Shown here piece after piece: positions 9,222 to 19,012 of a stretch of DNA of 32,434 nt. Both the position numbers and the translations under genes were made by a program. Each line of letters begins with the position of its first letter. The stretch's first letter is position 1. Location: the sequence record SRR20825006_742; one strand, 5' to 3'. The notes under the pieces are model-generated. The model was given only the letters and a program-made list of their open reading frames with translations. It ran no database searches and had not been told where the DNA came from.

Positions 9222-9253
9222 AAAAAAGCCCCGTCTGTTTCCAGCGGGGCTTT
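9222..9253 (-). terminator. Intrinsic terminator of rpsA
   Basis: Stem AAAGCCCCG/CGGGGCTTT followed by a T6 tract on the minus strand. Confidence 0.85.
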
Positions 9254-9272
9254 ATATTATTGAAAAGTCTAA

Positions 9273-11108
9273 TTACTTTTTCTTGGAATCAGCTTCCATC
9301 TTGTCTTTCAATGCTTGCAACTGTGAGTTGGCATCTCCAAGGGTCGGAGCGGCTTCATCACTAGATGCAGCTCTTTTCTTGGCAGCAGCCTTCACATTTC
9401 TATCTTCTTGCTCTCTAAAGATTGCAGTGTGGCTGGCCACAACTCTCTTGAAATCTTTGTTGAACTCGATGATCTTGAATTCGGCCTCTTCTCCTTTTTG
9501 AAGTTTCTTGCCGTCTTCTTTTTCCATGTGACGTTGTGGAACAAACCCAACGATATCCTCGTTGAAGTTGATTGTAGCTCCTTTGTCAACAACCTCTGCG
9601 ATTGCAGCAGTGTGCACTGTGCCTTCAGCGAACTCATCGGAATATTTGTCCCAAGGGTTCTCTGTGGTCTGCTTGTGACCAAGGCTCAATTTGCGTCCTT
9701 CTACGTCCAATTCCAATACTTCCACTTCCAACGTGTCACCTACAGTAACAAATTCGGATGGGTGCTTGATTTTCTTGGTCCAAGAAAGGTCGGAGATATA
9801 GATCAAACCGTCGATTCCTTCTTCCAACTCTACGAATACACCAAAGTTGGTAAAGTTTCTAACGATTCCTTTGTGACGTGATCCAACAGGATATTTAGAA
9901 GTGATATCGGTCCATGGGTCAGGAGTCAATTGCTTGATACCCAACGACATTTTACGATCCTCCCTATCCAAGGTCAATACAACTGCTTCAACCTCATCAC
10001 CTACGTTTACGAAATCCTGAGCAGATCTAAGGTGAGTGCTCCAAGACATTTCAGAAACGTGGATCAATCCTTCAACACCTTCTGCAACTTCGATAAATGC
10101 ACCATAATCAGCGATTACAACTACTTTACCTTTTACCTTGTCACCAACTTTGATTTCATCACCAAGGGCATCCCATGGGTGTTTCTCCAATTGTTTAAGA
10201 CCCAACTGGATTCTTGACTTGTTATCATCAAAATCAAGGATAACAACGTTCAATTTCTGGTCTAGGTCCACAACCTCGTTCGGGTGGTTGATACGGCTCC
10301 AGGAAAGGTCGGTAATGTGTACCAATCCATCCACACCTCCAAGGTCGATAAATACCCCGTAAGATGTAATGTTCTTGACGACACCTTCCAATACTTGACC
10401 TTTTTCCAACTGGCCGATGATCTCTTTTTTCTGTTCTTCGATGTCCGCTTCGATCAAAGCTTTGTGAGATACCACTACGTTCTTGAACTCGTGGTTGATC
10501 TTCACTACTTTGAACTCCATGGTCTTGCCTACGTACTGATCGTAATCACGGATAGGCTTCACATCGATTTGAGAACCTGGTAAGAACGCCTCGATACCGA
10601 ATACGTCAACGATCATACCACCTTTGGTACGACATTTAACGAAACCTGTAACGATTTCTTCTTTATCGTGGGCGTTGTTCACACGCTCCCACGCCTTAAT
10701 GGTTCTTGCTTTTCTGTGAGACAATACCAATTGACCGGTCTTGTCTTCACGGATATCAATAAGTACCTCAACTTTATCACCAACTTTTAGGTCAGGATTG
10801 TATCGGAACTCATTCAAGGAAATTACACCTTCGGACTTGGCATTGATGTCAATGATGGCCTCACGGTCCGTCATGTGGACAACTTCTCCTTCCACTACTT
10901 CCTCATCGGCAGTGTCCACAAAGTTTTCCTCTACAAGTGTTTCGAATTCCTTAAGCTTAGTATCGTCTACGCGCTCAATTCCTTCTTCGTACTTGTCCCA
11001 ATCAAAATTTTCAAGAAATTCCTTTGGATCTTGTTGGGGTTGTGTTTCTTCTTTTACTGGTGCTGCGGTAGTTTCTTCTACCTCAACGTTTTGTTTTTCT
11101 TCAGCCAT
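9273..11108 (-). CDS. rpsA: 30S ribosomal protein S1
   Basis: Six S1 repeats (AFLPGSQID, DGLVHITDLSW, EGLIHVSEMSW, DGLIYISDLSW). Confidence 0.98.
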   Translation of the reverse strand: MAEEKQNVEVEETTAAPVKEETQPQQDPKEFLENFDWDKYEEGIERVDDTKLKEFETLVEENFVDTADEEVVEGEVVHMTDREAIIDINAKSEGVISLNEFRYNPDLKVGDKVEVLIDIREDKTGQLVLSHRKARTIKAWERVNNAHDKEEIVTGFVKCRTKGGMIVDVFGIEAFLPGSQIDVKPIRDYDQYVGKTMEFKVVKINHEFKNVVVSHKALIEADIEEQKKEIIGQLEKGQVLEGVVKNITSYGVFIDLGGVDGLVHITDLSWSRINHPNEVVDLDQKLNVVILDFDDNKSRIQLGLKQLEKHPWDALGDEIKVGDKVKGKVVVIADYGAFIEVAEGVEGLIHVSEMSWSTHLRSAQDFVNVGDEVEAVVLTLDREDRKMSLGIKQLTPDPWTDITSKYPVGSRHKGIVRNFTNFGVFVELEEGIDGLIYISDLSWTKKIKHPSEFVTVGDTLEVEVLELDVEGRKLSLGHKQTTENPWDKYSDEFAEGTVHTAAIAEVVDKGATINFNEDIVGFVPQRHMEKEDGKKLQKGEEAEFKIIEFNKDFKRVVASHTAIFREQEDRNVKAAAKKRAASSDEAAPTLGDANSQLQALKDKMEADSKKK

Positions 11109-11229
11109 GCTTTGCTGATTAAAATTTGTATTCCACGTTTTTACAAGAGTTGAACAATTACCGCGGAAGTGGTTTTAAATTGATCTTCTAAATTCCCTTT
11201 TTTCTCTTGCCTCCTTGCCAAAAGGGGTG

Positions 11230-11237
11230 CAAAAATA
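11230..11237 (-). promoter_or_regulatory. -7 promoter element (TATTTTTG) for rpsA
   Basis: TAnnTTTG followed by CACCCC, about 120 nt upstream of the ATG. Confidence 0.65.
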
Positions 11238-11370
11238 CAATTAAATTATTGATATACAAAGCATACAAGCAAGGTTTCCGCAAAAAAAGTATTACAATTA
11301 TTTAATGGCAAAATAAAGGCAGATTGATTATCTTGAGAGTTCTAATTATTAACTGTAAAAAAGTACCCTT

Positions 11371-11751
11371 ATGAGTGTAAAAGCAAAGTATCAACCTGTA
11401 TTGGACCTAGGTGAGAAATTGGAAGTGAAAAACGGCGATGTAAACGTTGAAGGCGACGTTTTAAAAATAAAGGGAATGACCAAAACCCAGTATGAAAAAA
11501 ACTTGCTGTGGGACAAAATCAAAGAAATAGGCGGCGAAAACCCTTCGGACATTAAAGCAAATATAACGGTGGAGGATGACTCCGTATATGCATACCACAC
11601 TGTAAAAAGTGGGGAATCTTTGAGCAAGATTTCCAAGCATTACTATGGGGACCCGATGAAATACAATAAGATATTCGAATCAAATACCGATCAATTAAAG
11701 AATCCTGATGTTATACATCCGGACCAAGTTTTGAAGATTCCGAATTTGTAA
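11371..11751 (+). CDS. LysM-domain protein with a BON-like N-terminus
   Basis: C-terminal [19 protein letters not shown]...IFESN...[14 protein letters not shown]; no signal peptide. Confidence 0.88.
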   Translation: MSVKAKYQPVLDLGEKLEVKNGDVNVEGDVLKIKGMTKTQYEKNLLWDKIKEIGGENPSDIKANITVEDDSVYAYHTVKSGESLSKISKHYYGDPMKYNKIFESNTDQLKNPDVIHPDQVLKIPNL

Positions 11752-11757
11752 AGACGT

Positions 11758-11818
11758 TGTCAGTTCGAGCGCAGTCGAGAACTTATTTATTTACATCTCG
11801 ACTCCGCTCGATGTGACA
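11758..11818. repeat. REP-like inverted doublet
   Basis: TGTCAGTTCGAGCGCAGTCGAGA, 15-nt spacer, TCTCGACTCCGCTCGATGTGACA; 20/23 complementary. Confidence 0.8.
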
Positions 11819-11832
11819 TTTATAGAATTGAT

Positions 11833-11858
11833 AAAAGCGCCCTTGGGGCGTTTTTTTT
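11833..11858 (+). terminator. Intrinsic terminator after the LysM gene
   Basis: AAAAGCGCCC-TTG-GGGCGTTTTTTTT. Confidence 0.85.
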
Positions 11859-11959
11859 GTTTTTGAGATTATAACAAAAACCAGCGAAATTCCTTACCTC
11901 TTCCGAATCGTATTTTGAATTGTTGGATATCGTTTTATCTATTGGTTTCCATTTGAGTT

Positions 11960-11986
11960 TGCAACACTCAAGAAAAAATACCGTCT
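11960..11986 (+). promoter_or_regulatory. ECF-sigma-type promoter for the serine hydrolase gene
   Basis: TGCAAC-N16-CGTCT, about 34 nt upstream of ATG 12020. Confidence 0.55.
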
Positions 11987-12019
11987 TTGAATTAATTCAT
12001 CTCCTATAACCATTAAATA

Positions 12020-13224
12020 ATGCGTAAAATCAAATTCAGCTTCATTGTAATTTTCTTTTTGACATTAGCATGCAATTCCGATAAAAAAAGAAAATCGTCA
12101 ATTCCTCAATAGAAGAAGAGTCCTCGATACAATCAAGGATTGAAAACAACATTTACAAAATAGACGAAAATGGCAAAAATGATTCCATAGCCACTACCCT
12201 TGAATCAAGAATGGAAGCCTTAAATGTACCTGGGGTCAGCATTACGGTTTTTGACAACAATGAAATCCTTTGGTCAAAAGGCTATGGTAAAAAAAATAAG
12301 AAAACAGGGAAAAATGTAAACGAAAGCACTCTCTTTCAAGCAGCTTCGATTTCTAAACCAGTTGCCAGTGTTGCGGCATTTAAATTGATTGAAAAAAACA
12401 GGTTTTCCCTCAATGAAAATATAAACTCAAAATTAGATAGATGGCAAGTACCCGATAATCAATTTACCAAAATAGAAAAAGTGACACCCCGTAGAATCAT
12501 GAGCCATACTTCTGGTTTAAGCACATCTGGGTTTCAAGGCTACAACAAAAAAGATTCGATCCCTACACTATTGGAAATAGTACAAGGAAGTGATATCACG
12601 AATTCAGAACCTGTTCGTGTTGTCCAAAAACCTGGGGAGTCCGAATTATATTCGGGCGGTGGAATGGAAGTGTTGCAAATGTTGATGGAGGATGTAACCG
12701 GAGAAGAGTTCCCCCAACTACTAAACACTTTGGTACTTAATCCAACTGAAATGAAGAACAGTTCCTTTGCTTACCCACTACCAGAAAGGTTGGATAGTTT
12801 AACTGCAAATGGCTACAATGAAAATGGAAAAGTTGTGGATGGCGGTTATCATATCTACCCCGAAAAGGCAGCAGCTGGGCTTTGGACCAATCCAACCGAT
12901 TTAGCCCTGTTTATGATAGCGCTAGGAAAATCATATCGTGGAGAAGATAGTAGTTTGCTGAGCCAAGAATCAGCAAGGACGATGATGACCAGGGTACCCG
13001 GTGCAGGTGGTATCGGAATTGGGATAGATGGAGATGGGGATGCTTTTCGTTTTAGACACACTGGAGGAAATGCAGGATTTGTTTGCTATGCAGTATCCTT
13101 CGCCAACAAGGGTCGTGGAGCGGTAATTATGACAAACTCGGACAATGGCTTCCCTTTGGCCCATGAAATAGTACGAACTATTTCTAGAGAATATAATTGG
13201 CCCGCCATGTGGATGCGTGAATAA
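12020..13224 (+). pseudogene. Serine hydrolase (beta-lactamase/AmpC-like family) lipoprotein, frameshifted at A7 12083-12089
   Basis: Signal peptide MRKIKFSFIVIFFLTLAC stops at TAG 12110-12112. The catalytic frame (SISK, YSG, HTGG) is open from 12085 through the track ORF 12211..13224. One extra A joins them into 401 aa. Confidence 0.8.
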
Positions 13225-13308
13225 AAATTTTATTTGAGTATCTTTTTGTAGGATTAACGGTTAAAAAGCACGATTTTTTCTTAGTTGTTCAACACAAAAT
13301 AATTTTCC

Positions 13309-13668
13309 ATGCTTACCGACATTAATCCGAAACTTCCCATGCGTAATAAAAAAACGACACTTGATTTCTATTGCGGTCAACTAGGCTTCAACATATTTGG
13401 AAACGCCGATTATGATGGATATCTAATGTTGGAGAAAGATCAGGTGCAAATCCATTTTTTTGAATTTCGGGACCTTGACCCTAAAGAAAACTACGGCCAA
13501 GTTTATATACGTACAGACCATATTGATAAGCTTTATCAATCCTTGCTGGCAAACAATACCAAAATACACCCGAACGGAAAATTAGAGGTAAAACCCTGGG
13601 GGCAGAAAGAGTTCTCTCTTTTGGATCCGGACAACAACTTGTTGACTTTTGGACAACATCAACAGTAA
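13309..13668 (+). CDS. VOC/glyoxalase/bleomycin-resistance family protein
   Basis: DFYCGQLGF, KPWGQKEFSLLDPDNNLLTFG. Confidence 0.9.
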   Translation: MLTDINPKLPMRNKKTTLDFYCGQLGFNIFGNADYDGYLMLEKDQVQIHFFEFRDLDPKENYGQVYIRTDHIDKLYQSLLANNTKIHPNGKLEVKPWGQKEFSLLDPDNNLLTFGQHQQ

Positions 13669-13747
13669 GCGTCGGCACACTAATACATTGCCTCAATAGC
13701 AATTCAAAAATTCATTTTTATAACGAATAAGTTGTAAAATAATTTTA

Positions 13748-13789
13748 TGAAACCAAATAGTTGCATATATTTGCAACCAATCAGTTTCA
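13748..13789 (+). promoter_or_regulatory. Tandem palindromic operator overlapping a TATATTTG promoter element (13766-13773)
   Basis: TGAAAC-N6-GTTGCA (13748-13765) and TGCAAC-N6-GTTTCA (13772-13789), 10 nt upstream of the ArsR ATG. Confidence 0.75.
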
Positions 13790-13799
13790 TTTTAAAATT

Positions 13800-14120
13800 A
13801 TGAGAAGAGATGTGTTTCAGGCCATTGCAGACCCCAAACGAAGGGCAATTATCGCACTTATTGCGGTACAGGCCATGACACCTAATGCCATTGCGGAAAA
13901 TTTCAACACCTCACGCCAATCTATTTCCAAGCATTTGAAAATACTATCAGAATGCGACCTAGTAAAACAAGAACAGCAGGGAAGGGAAATTCATTATTCG
14001 CTCAAAATAGAGAAACTGCAGGAGGTGGATGCATGGATCGAACAATATCGACAAATATGGGAATCCCGATTCGATCAACTTGACAATGTATTATCAAATC
14101 TAAAAAAGGATAAAAAATGA
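13800..14120 (+). CDS. ArsR/SmtB-family transcriptional repressor
   Basis: [38 protein letters not shown]. Start set at ATG 13800 because the track's TTG 13761 lies inside the operator. Confidence 0.9.
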   Translation: MRRDVFQAIADPKRRAIIALIAVQAMTPNAIAENFNTSRQSISKHLKILSECDLVKQEQQGREIHYSLKIEKLQEVDAWIEQYRQIWESRFDQLDNVLSNLKKDKK

Positions 14121-14623
14121 AAAACAATTTGCTCTTTGATTTTAAGGTAGACAAGAAAACCAAAACAGTATTTGTGGACAAAGAATTTGCAGCAGACCTA
14201 TCGTTGGTCTGGGATGCTTTTACCAAAAAAGAACTACTGGACCAATGGTGGGCGCCCGAACCTTTCCAAAATAAAACTAAAATTTTGGACTTTAGGGAAG
14301 GTGGAATGTGGCATTATGCCATGATAAGCCCTGAAAATAAAATGCATTGGAACAGATTCGACTATGAAAAAATTGAAGTGCAAAAAATGTTCACAGGTTG
14401 GGATGGATTTTGTGATGAAGAAGGTGCGTTTGTGGAAACAGAATTTTCGCGAATACATTGGAAAAACAGCTTTAATGACAACTCTAAAAGCACTATAGTA
14501 AATGTTAACCTGACACTAGATTCCCTTGAGGATTTGGAAAAAATAATAAAAATGGGCTTCAAAGAAGGTTTTACTGCAGGTTTAAACCAATTGGACAAGT
14601 TATTATTTGTATTGAATAAATAA
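14117..14623 (+). CDS. SRPBCC/AHSA1-like domain protein
   Basis: VWDAFT...[39 protein letters not shown] overlap with arsR. Confidence 0.9.
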   Translation: MKNNLLFDFKVDKKTKTVFVDKEFAADLSLVWDAFTKKELLDQWWAPEPFQNKTKILDFREGGMWHYAMISPENKMHWNRFDYEKIEVQKMFTGWDGFCDEEGAFVETEFSRIHWKNSFNDNSKSTIVNVNLTLDSLEDLEKIIKMGFKEGFTAGLNQLDKLLFVLNK

Positions 14624-14626
14624 CTT

Positions 14627-15286
14627 ATGAAAAAGAAAACAAACTTTGGTAGCATCTCAGTATTTTCGGGAATTCTTGCTATTATTCTATCTGTTATTGC
14701 TCATTCCATAAATCCCAAAATTGACCCATCTTGGCAACCAATTAGCGAAGCATCTCTTGGTAATAATGGTTGGCTAATGAACATTGCATTCCTATTAATG
14801 GCTCTGAGTATCGTGTCTTTCATTTTGCAATCAAAAAAATGTTACACTAATCTTGGAGGGAAAATCGGAAAAGTATTTTTGGTAATTTCGGCAATCGGTT
14901 TTTTATTGGCCGGCTTTTTCAACACAGACCCAGCTATTCTTCCTCAGGAACAAGCAACTACAAGCGGATTAATCCATATCATAGGAGCAGGACTTTCGGG
15001 TTTTTTAATAATTGCTTCATTGCCATTCACTTGGGTTTTTATTAAAAATCCGAATTACAAAAAATATAAGATTCCAATCTTGCTTATGACCATCCTACTT
15101 TGGGTTTCGGAAATATGTGTGATATTGGATATGGCAACAGAACTACCCAAAAACAATGGAAATTTGGGTCCTAATGTCATAATCGGTTGGTCAGGTAGAG
15201 TAGTTATGTTATTCTGTGTTCTTTGGTTGATCACAATTTCATTGCAAACAAAAAAATACAAAAATGGACAAACCGAAAACTGTTGA
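14627..15286 (+). CDS. DUF998-family membrane protein
   Basis: About six hydrophobic segments; PISE, AGFFNTDP and GLIH motifs. Confidence 0.75.
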   Translation: MKKKTNFGSISVFSGILAIILSVIAHSINPKIDPSWQPISEASLGNNGWLMNIAFLLMALSIVSFILQSKKCYTNLGGKIGKVFLVISAIGFLLAGFFNTDPAILPQEQATTSGLIHIIGAGLSGFLIIASLPFTWVFIKNPNYKKYKIPILLMTILLWVSEICVILDMATELPKNNGNLGPNVIIGWSGRVVMLFCVLWLITISLQTKKYKNGQTENC

Positions 15287-15659
15287 GGATTATTTTAATG
15301 CTCAACCAGAAACAACAAAAAAAGCACTTAAAGAATTAAAAAGTTGTATTCTCAAAGTTAAACCTAATGCGATCGAACTGTTCAATTATAATATTCCTGC
15401 CTACTCATTAGTAAAAGGAGGAAAAAGAGAACAGCAAATTATGATCGCAGGCTATAAAAAACATGTTGGACTTTATCCACATCCAACAACTATGGAAAAG
15501 TTCGACTCGGAATTAAGAGAATTTAAAAGAGGGAAAGGTTCGGTTCAATTCCCATTGGACAAACCATTACCAAAAGTCCTGATTGAGAGAATGGTTAAGT
15601 ACCGAATGGAACTAATATTGAAGAAAAAAACGATAGCTAACAAAGTAAAAGACCGATAA
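15264..15659 (+). CDS. DUF1801/YdhG-like protein
   Basis: TVEDYF, YNIPAY, AGYKKHVGLYP, GKGSVQFPLDKPLP. Confidence 0.88.
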   Translation: MDKPKTVEDYFNAQPETTKKALKELKSCILKVKPNAIELFNYNIPAYSLVKGGKREQQIMIAGYKKHVGLYPHPTTMEKFDSELREFKRGKGSVQFPLDKPLPKVLIERMVKYRMELILKKKTIANKVKDR

Positions 15660-15685
15660 GTGCAACCCAAAAAATCTTTTACTTG

Positions 15686-16384
15686 TCAAACATGCTTCGC
15701 AATCACCCGCTGCGAAAAGTCATAAATACGCTCAAACTGTTCTTCCAGTCCCATATCGCTGTTATCAAACTCAATGGCATCCTTTGCCTTGGTGAGTGGG
15801 GAAATAGTCCGGGTAGAGTCGATACGGTCTCGTTCCTCAACATTTTTCAATACTTCGGCATAGGTGACCTCCTCCCCTTTTTCCAAAAGTTCTTTGTAGC
15901 GTCGGGCGGCACGGGTCTCCGGAGAAGCCGTCATAAACAGTTTTAGTTCTGCATCGGGGAAGACCACGGTACCAATATCGCGACCGTCCATCACAATGCC
16001 CTTGTCCTTGCCCATCTCCTGTTGAATCTTCACCAATTTTTCCCGAACTTCCTTAATGGCAGCCACTGGGCTCACAAAACCGGACACCCGCATAGAACGA
16101 ATCTCCAGTTCCACATTCTCATCGTTCAAAAACATATCGGAACGTCCGGTTTCGGTGTTAGGGACAAATTTAAGATTGACCTCAGAGAGTTTATCTATCA
16201 AAGCTGCGGAATCGAGTTGACCCTTCTCATTAACGAACCCATTGTTCAATGCAAAAAGGGTCACGGCACGATACATCGCACCTGTATCCACATAAATATA
16301 ATTCAAGGCAGCGGCCAATCGTTTAGCGATGGTACTTTTTCCTGTTGAGGAATACCCATCAATAGCTATCGTAATTTTTCCCAT
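15686..16384 (-). CDS. cmk: Cytidylate kinase
   Basis: IAIDGYSSTGKST, DTGAMYRAV, MDGRDIGTVVFPDA. Start taken at MGKITIAIDG (16384). Confidence 0.96.
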   Translation of the reverse strand: MGKITIAIDGYSSTGKSTIAKRLAAALNYIYVDTGAMYRAVTLFALNNGFVNEKGQLDSAALIDKLSEVNLKFVPNTETGRSDMFLNDENVELEIRSMRVSGFVSPVAAIKEVREKLVKIQQEMGKDKGIVMDGRDIGTVVFPDAELKLFMTASPETRAARRYKELLEKGEEVTYAEVLKNVEERDRIDSTRTISPLTKAKDAIEFDNSDMGLEEQFERIYDFSQRVIAKHV

Positions 16385-16433
16385 ACGCCAAAAATAGGCA
16401 GAAATATCATGATGATTACATGACAAGTATCAT

Positions 16434-18884
16434 CTAAAGCTCCTTGGCATTCTTTACTTTTTGTTTGGTAATGGCCAAATCGATTACCTCGCTCATATCG
16501 GTTACGTAATGGAATGTCAAGCCTTTTAGATAGTCTTCTTTGATCTCCTCGATATCCTTTTTGTTATCGGCACACAAAATAATTTCTTTGATTCTTGCCC
16601 TCTTCGCCGCCAAGATTTTCTCTTTGATACCACCCACTGGCAATACTTTGCCACGGAGCGTAATCTCCCCCGTCATGGCCAAGCTCTTCTTCACCTTACG
16701 CTGGGTAAACAGGGAAATTAAAGAAGTCAACATGGTAATACCTGCACTGGGGCCATCTTTTGGCGTAGCGCCTTCGGGAACGTGAATATGAACATTGTAC
16801 TTATCGAACACACTGGAATCGATGCCGTATTCATCCGCATTGGACTTGATATATTCCATGGCGATGGTAGCGGATTCTTTCATTACTTTACCCAAGTTGC
16901 CTGTTACGTTCAATGTACCTTTTCCTTTGGAAAGTATGGACTCGATAAAAAGAATATCGCCCCCTACACTGGTCCATGCCAATCCTGTGACCACCCCGGC
17001 GACATCGTTGTTTTCATATTTATCGCGCTCCAGACGGGCGGGGCCCAGAATTTTTTCCACCACGGCATTGTTCACCGTAACGTTGTAATCCTCTTCCATG
17101 GCAATGGATTTTGCCGCGTAGCGAACCACCTTGGCTATCTGTTTTTCCAAGTTCCTTACACCGGATTCACGGGTATAGCCCTCAACAATTTTTTCCAATT
17201 GGCGCTTGCCTATTTTCAGGTCTTTTTTGGACAGTCCGTGTTCCTCCAGCTGCTTGGGCAATAAGTGACGCTTGGCTATCTCCACTTTTTCCTCGATGGT
17301 GTAGCCTGTTACGTTTATGATTTCCATACGGTCGCGCAACGCAGGCTGTATGGTAGAAAGGTTGTTGGCGGTGGCAATGAACATCACTTTGGACAGGTCG
17401 TAGCCCATTTCCAAGAAATTATCGTGGAACTCGCTGTTCTGCTCGGGGTCCAAAACCTCCAACATTGCAGAAGATGGGTCGCCTTGGTGACTGCTGGCCA
17501 ACTTATCGATTTCATCCAAAATAAATACAGGGTTGGAGGTTCCCGCTTTCTTCAAACTCTGGATGATCCTACCGGGCATAGCACCGATATAGGTTTTTCG
17601 GTGACCGCGGATTTCTGCCTCATCCCGAAGCCCGCCCAACGACATCCTAACATATTCTCGACCCAATGCCTCTGCCACGGATTTCCCCAAAGATGTTTTA
17701 CCCACTCCGGGAGGTCCGTACAAACAAAGAATTGGCGACTTCATATCGTTTCGTAGCTTCAAAACCGCCAAATACTCGATAATTCGACGCTTTACATCTT
17801 CCAATCCATAATGGTCTCTGTCCAGTATCTTTTGGGCCCTTTTCAGGTCGAACTTGTCCTTGGAAAATTCGTTCCATGGCAAATCCAACAACAGGTCCAA
17901 ATAGTTCCGTTGAATGGAATACTCGGCCACCTGTGGGTTCATGCGTTGCATTTTGGAAAGTTCCTTCTCAAAATGTTCTTGCACTTTTTTGCTCCATTTT
18001 TTCTTCTTGGCCTTTTCCGCCATCTCGTCCACCTCTTCTTCATAGGACAGCCCGCCAAGTTCCTCTTGGATGGTCTTCATCTGTTGGTGAAGAAAATATT
18101 CGCGCTGTTGTTGGTCCATATCGCTACGGACCTTGCTCTGGATATCGTTACGAAGCTCCAATTTTTGAAGCTCCATGTTCATATACTTCAAAGTGGCCAA
18201 TGCTCTTTCCTGAAGATTGGCAATTTCCAAAAGCTGTTGCTTGTCCTTTACATCCAGATTAAGGTTGGAAGACACAAAATTGATCAAGAACGAATTGCTC
18301 TGAATATTCTTGATGGCGAAAGTGGCCTCACTTGGAATGTTTGGGTTATCCTTGATGATTTTGAAAGCCAATTCCTTTATCGAATCAATAATAGCCTCAA
18401 ACTCACTTCCTTTTTCATCGGGACGCTCCTCTGCTGCTTCGCTCACCTTGGCCGTTAAATACGGCTTTTCGGTAAGTACCGCATCGATTTTGAACCGCTT
18501 TTTACCTTGAATGATGACCGTAGTGTTACCATCAGGCATTTGAAGCACCCGTAAAATACGTGCTACGGTCCCGACGGTGTTGATGTCCTCTGGACCTGGG
18601 TTCTCTACGGATTCATCCTTTTGGGACACCACCCCAATGGTTTTGGAACCATTGTTGGCATCCTTGATCAAATTGATAGACTTATCCCTGCCGGCCGTAA
18701 TCGGAATCACCACACCAGGGAACAAGACTGTATTTCGTAGCGGCAATACCGGCAAAGTTTCCGGCAAGCGCTCCTTGTTCATCTGCTCTTCATCTTCCGG
18801 GGTCAACAACGGTATCAATTCCGCATCTTCATCCAGCCCTTGCAGATCTATATTGTCAAATTTGGTTATTTTCATCTCTCCCAT
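16434..18884 (-). CDS. lon: Lon protease (endopeptidase La)
   Basis: [11 protein letters not shown]-domain, [14 protein letters not shown], catalytic [14 protein letters not shown]. Confidence 0.98.
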   Translation of the reverse strand: MGEMKITKFDNIDLQGLDEDAELIPLLTPEDEEQMNKERLPETLPVLPLRNTVLFPGVVIPITAGRDKSINLIKDANNGSKTIGVVSQKDESVENPGPEDINTVGTVARILRVLQMPDGNTTVIIQGKKRFKIDAVLTEKPYLTAKVSEAAEERPDEKGSEFEAIIDSIKELAFKIIKDNPNIPSEATFAIKNIQSNSFLINFVSSNLNLDVKDKQQLLEIANLQERALATLKYMNMELQKLELRNDIQSKVRSDMDQQQREYFLHQQMKTIQEELGGLSYEEEVDEMAEKAKKKKWSKKVQEHFEKELSKMQRMNPQVAEYSIQRNYLDLLLDLPWNEFSKDKFDLKRAQKILDRDHYGLEDVKRRIIEYLAVLKLRNDMKSPILCLYGPPGVGKTSLGKSVAEALGREYVRMSLGGLRDEAEIRGHRKTYIGAMPGRIIQSLKKAGTSNPVFILDEIDKLASSHQGDPSSAMLEVLDPEQNSEFHDNFLEMGYDLSKVMFIATANNLSTIQPALRDRMEIINVTGYTIEEKVEIAKRHLLPKQLEEHGLSKKDLKIGKRQLEKIVEGYTRESGVRNLEKQIAKVVRYAAKSIAMEEDYNVTVNNAVVEKILGPARLERDKYENNDVAGVVTGLAWTSVGGDILFIESILSKGKGTLNVTGNLGKVMKESATIAMEYIKSNADEYGIDSSVFDKYNVHIHVPEGATPKDGPSAGITMLTSLISLFTQRKVKKSLAMTGEITLRGKVLPVGGIKEKILAAKRARIKEIILCADNKKDIEEIKEDYLKGLTFHYVTDMSEVIDLAITKQKVKNAKEL

Positions 18885-19012
18885 ATCAACTTTTCGGTCA
18901 TTTTGTCATAAAAAACAATCGACCCACATTTTTATTCTACGTTAAAGCATCGTCAAACCCCTAAAAATCAATGTTCATAGCGACTCTTGAGCTTCTTATC
19001 ACCCATTAATTG

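Noticed and set aside
9159-9260. PyrR-binding attenuator upstream of pyrR
   Set aside because: The leader is only about 25 nt with no PyrR binding-loop motif. The nearby hairpin lies upstream of the promoter and is the rpsA terminator.
12083-12090. Programmed -1 ribosomal frameshift on A_AAA_AAG in the serine hydrolase
   Set aside because: The heptamer is not phased as X_XXY_YYZ in the initiating frame (GAT AAA AAA AGA); an indel is the simpler explanation.
16540-18945. Numerous plus-strand ORFs opposite lon (similar cases opposite rpsA, ppk1, GH31 and glgB)
   Set aside because: Shadow frames produced by codon bias in long conserved genes.
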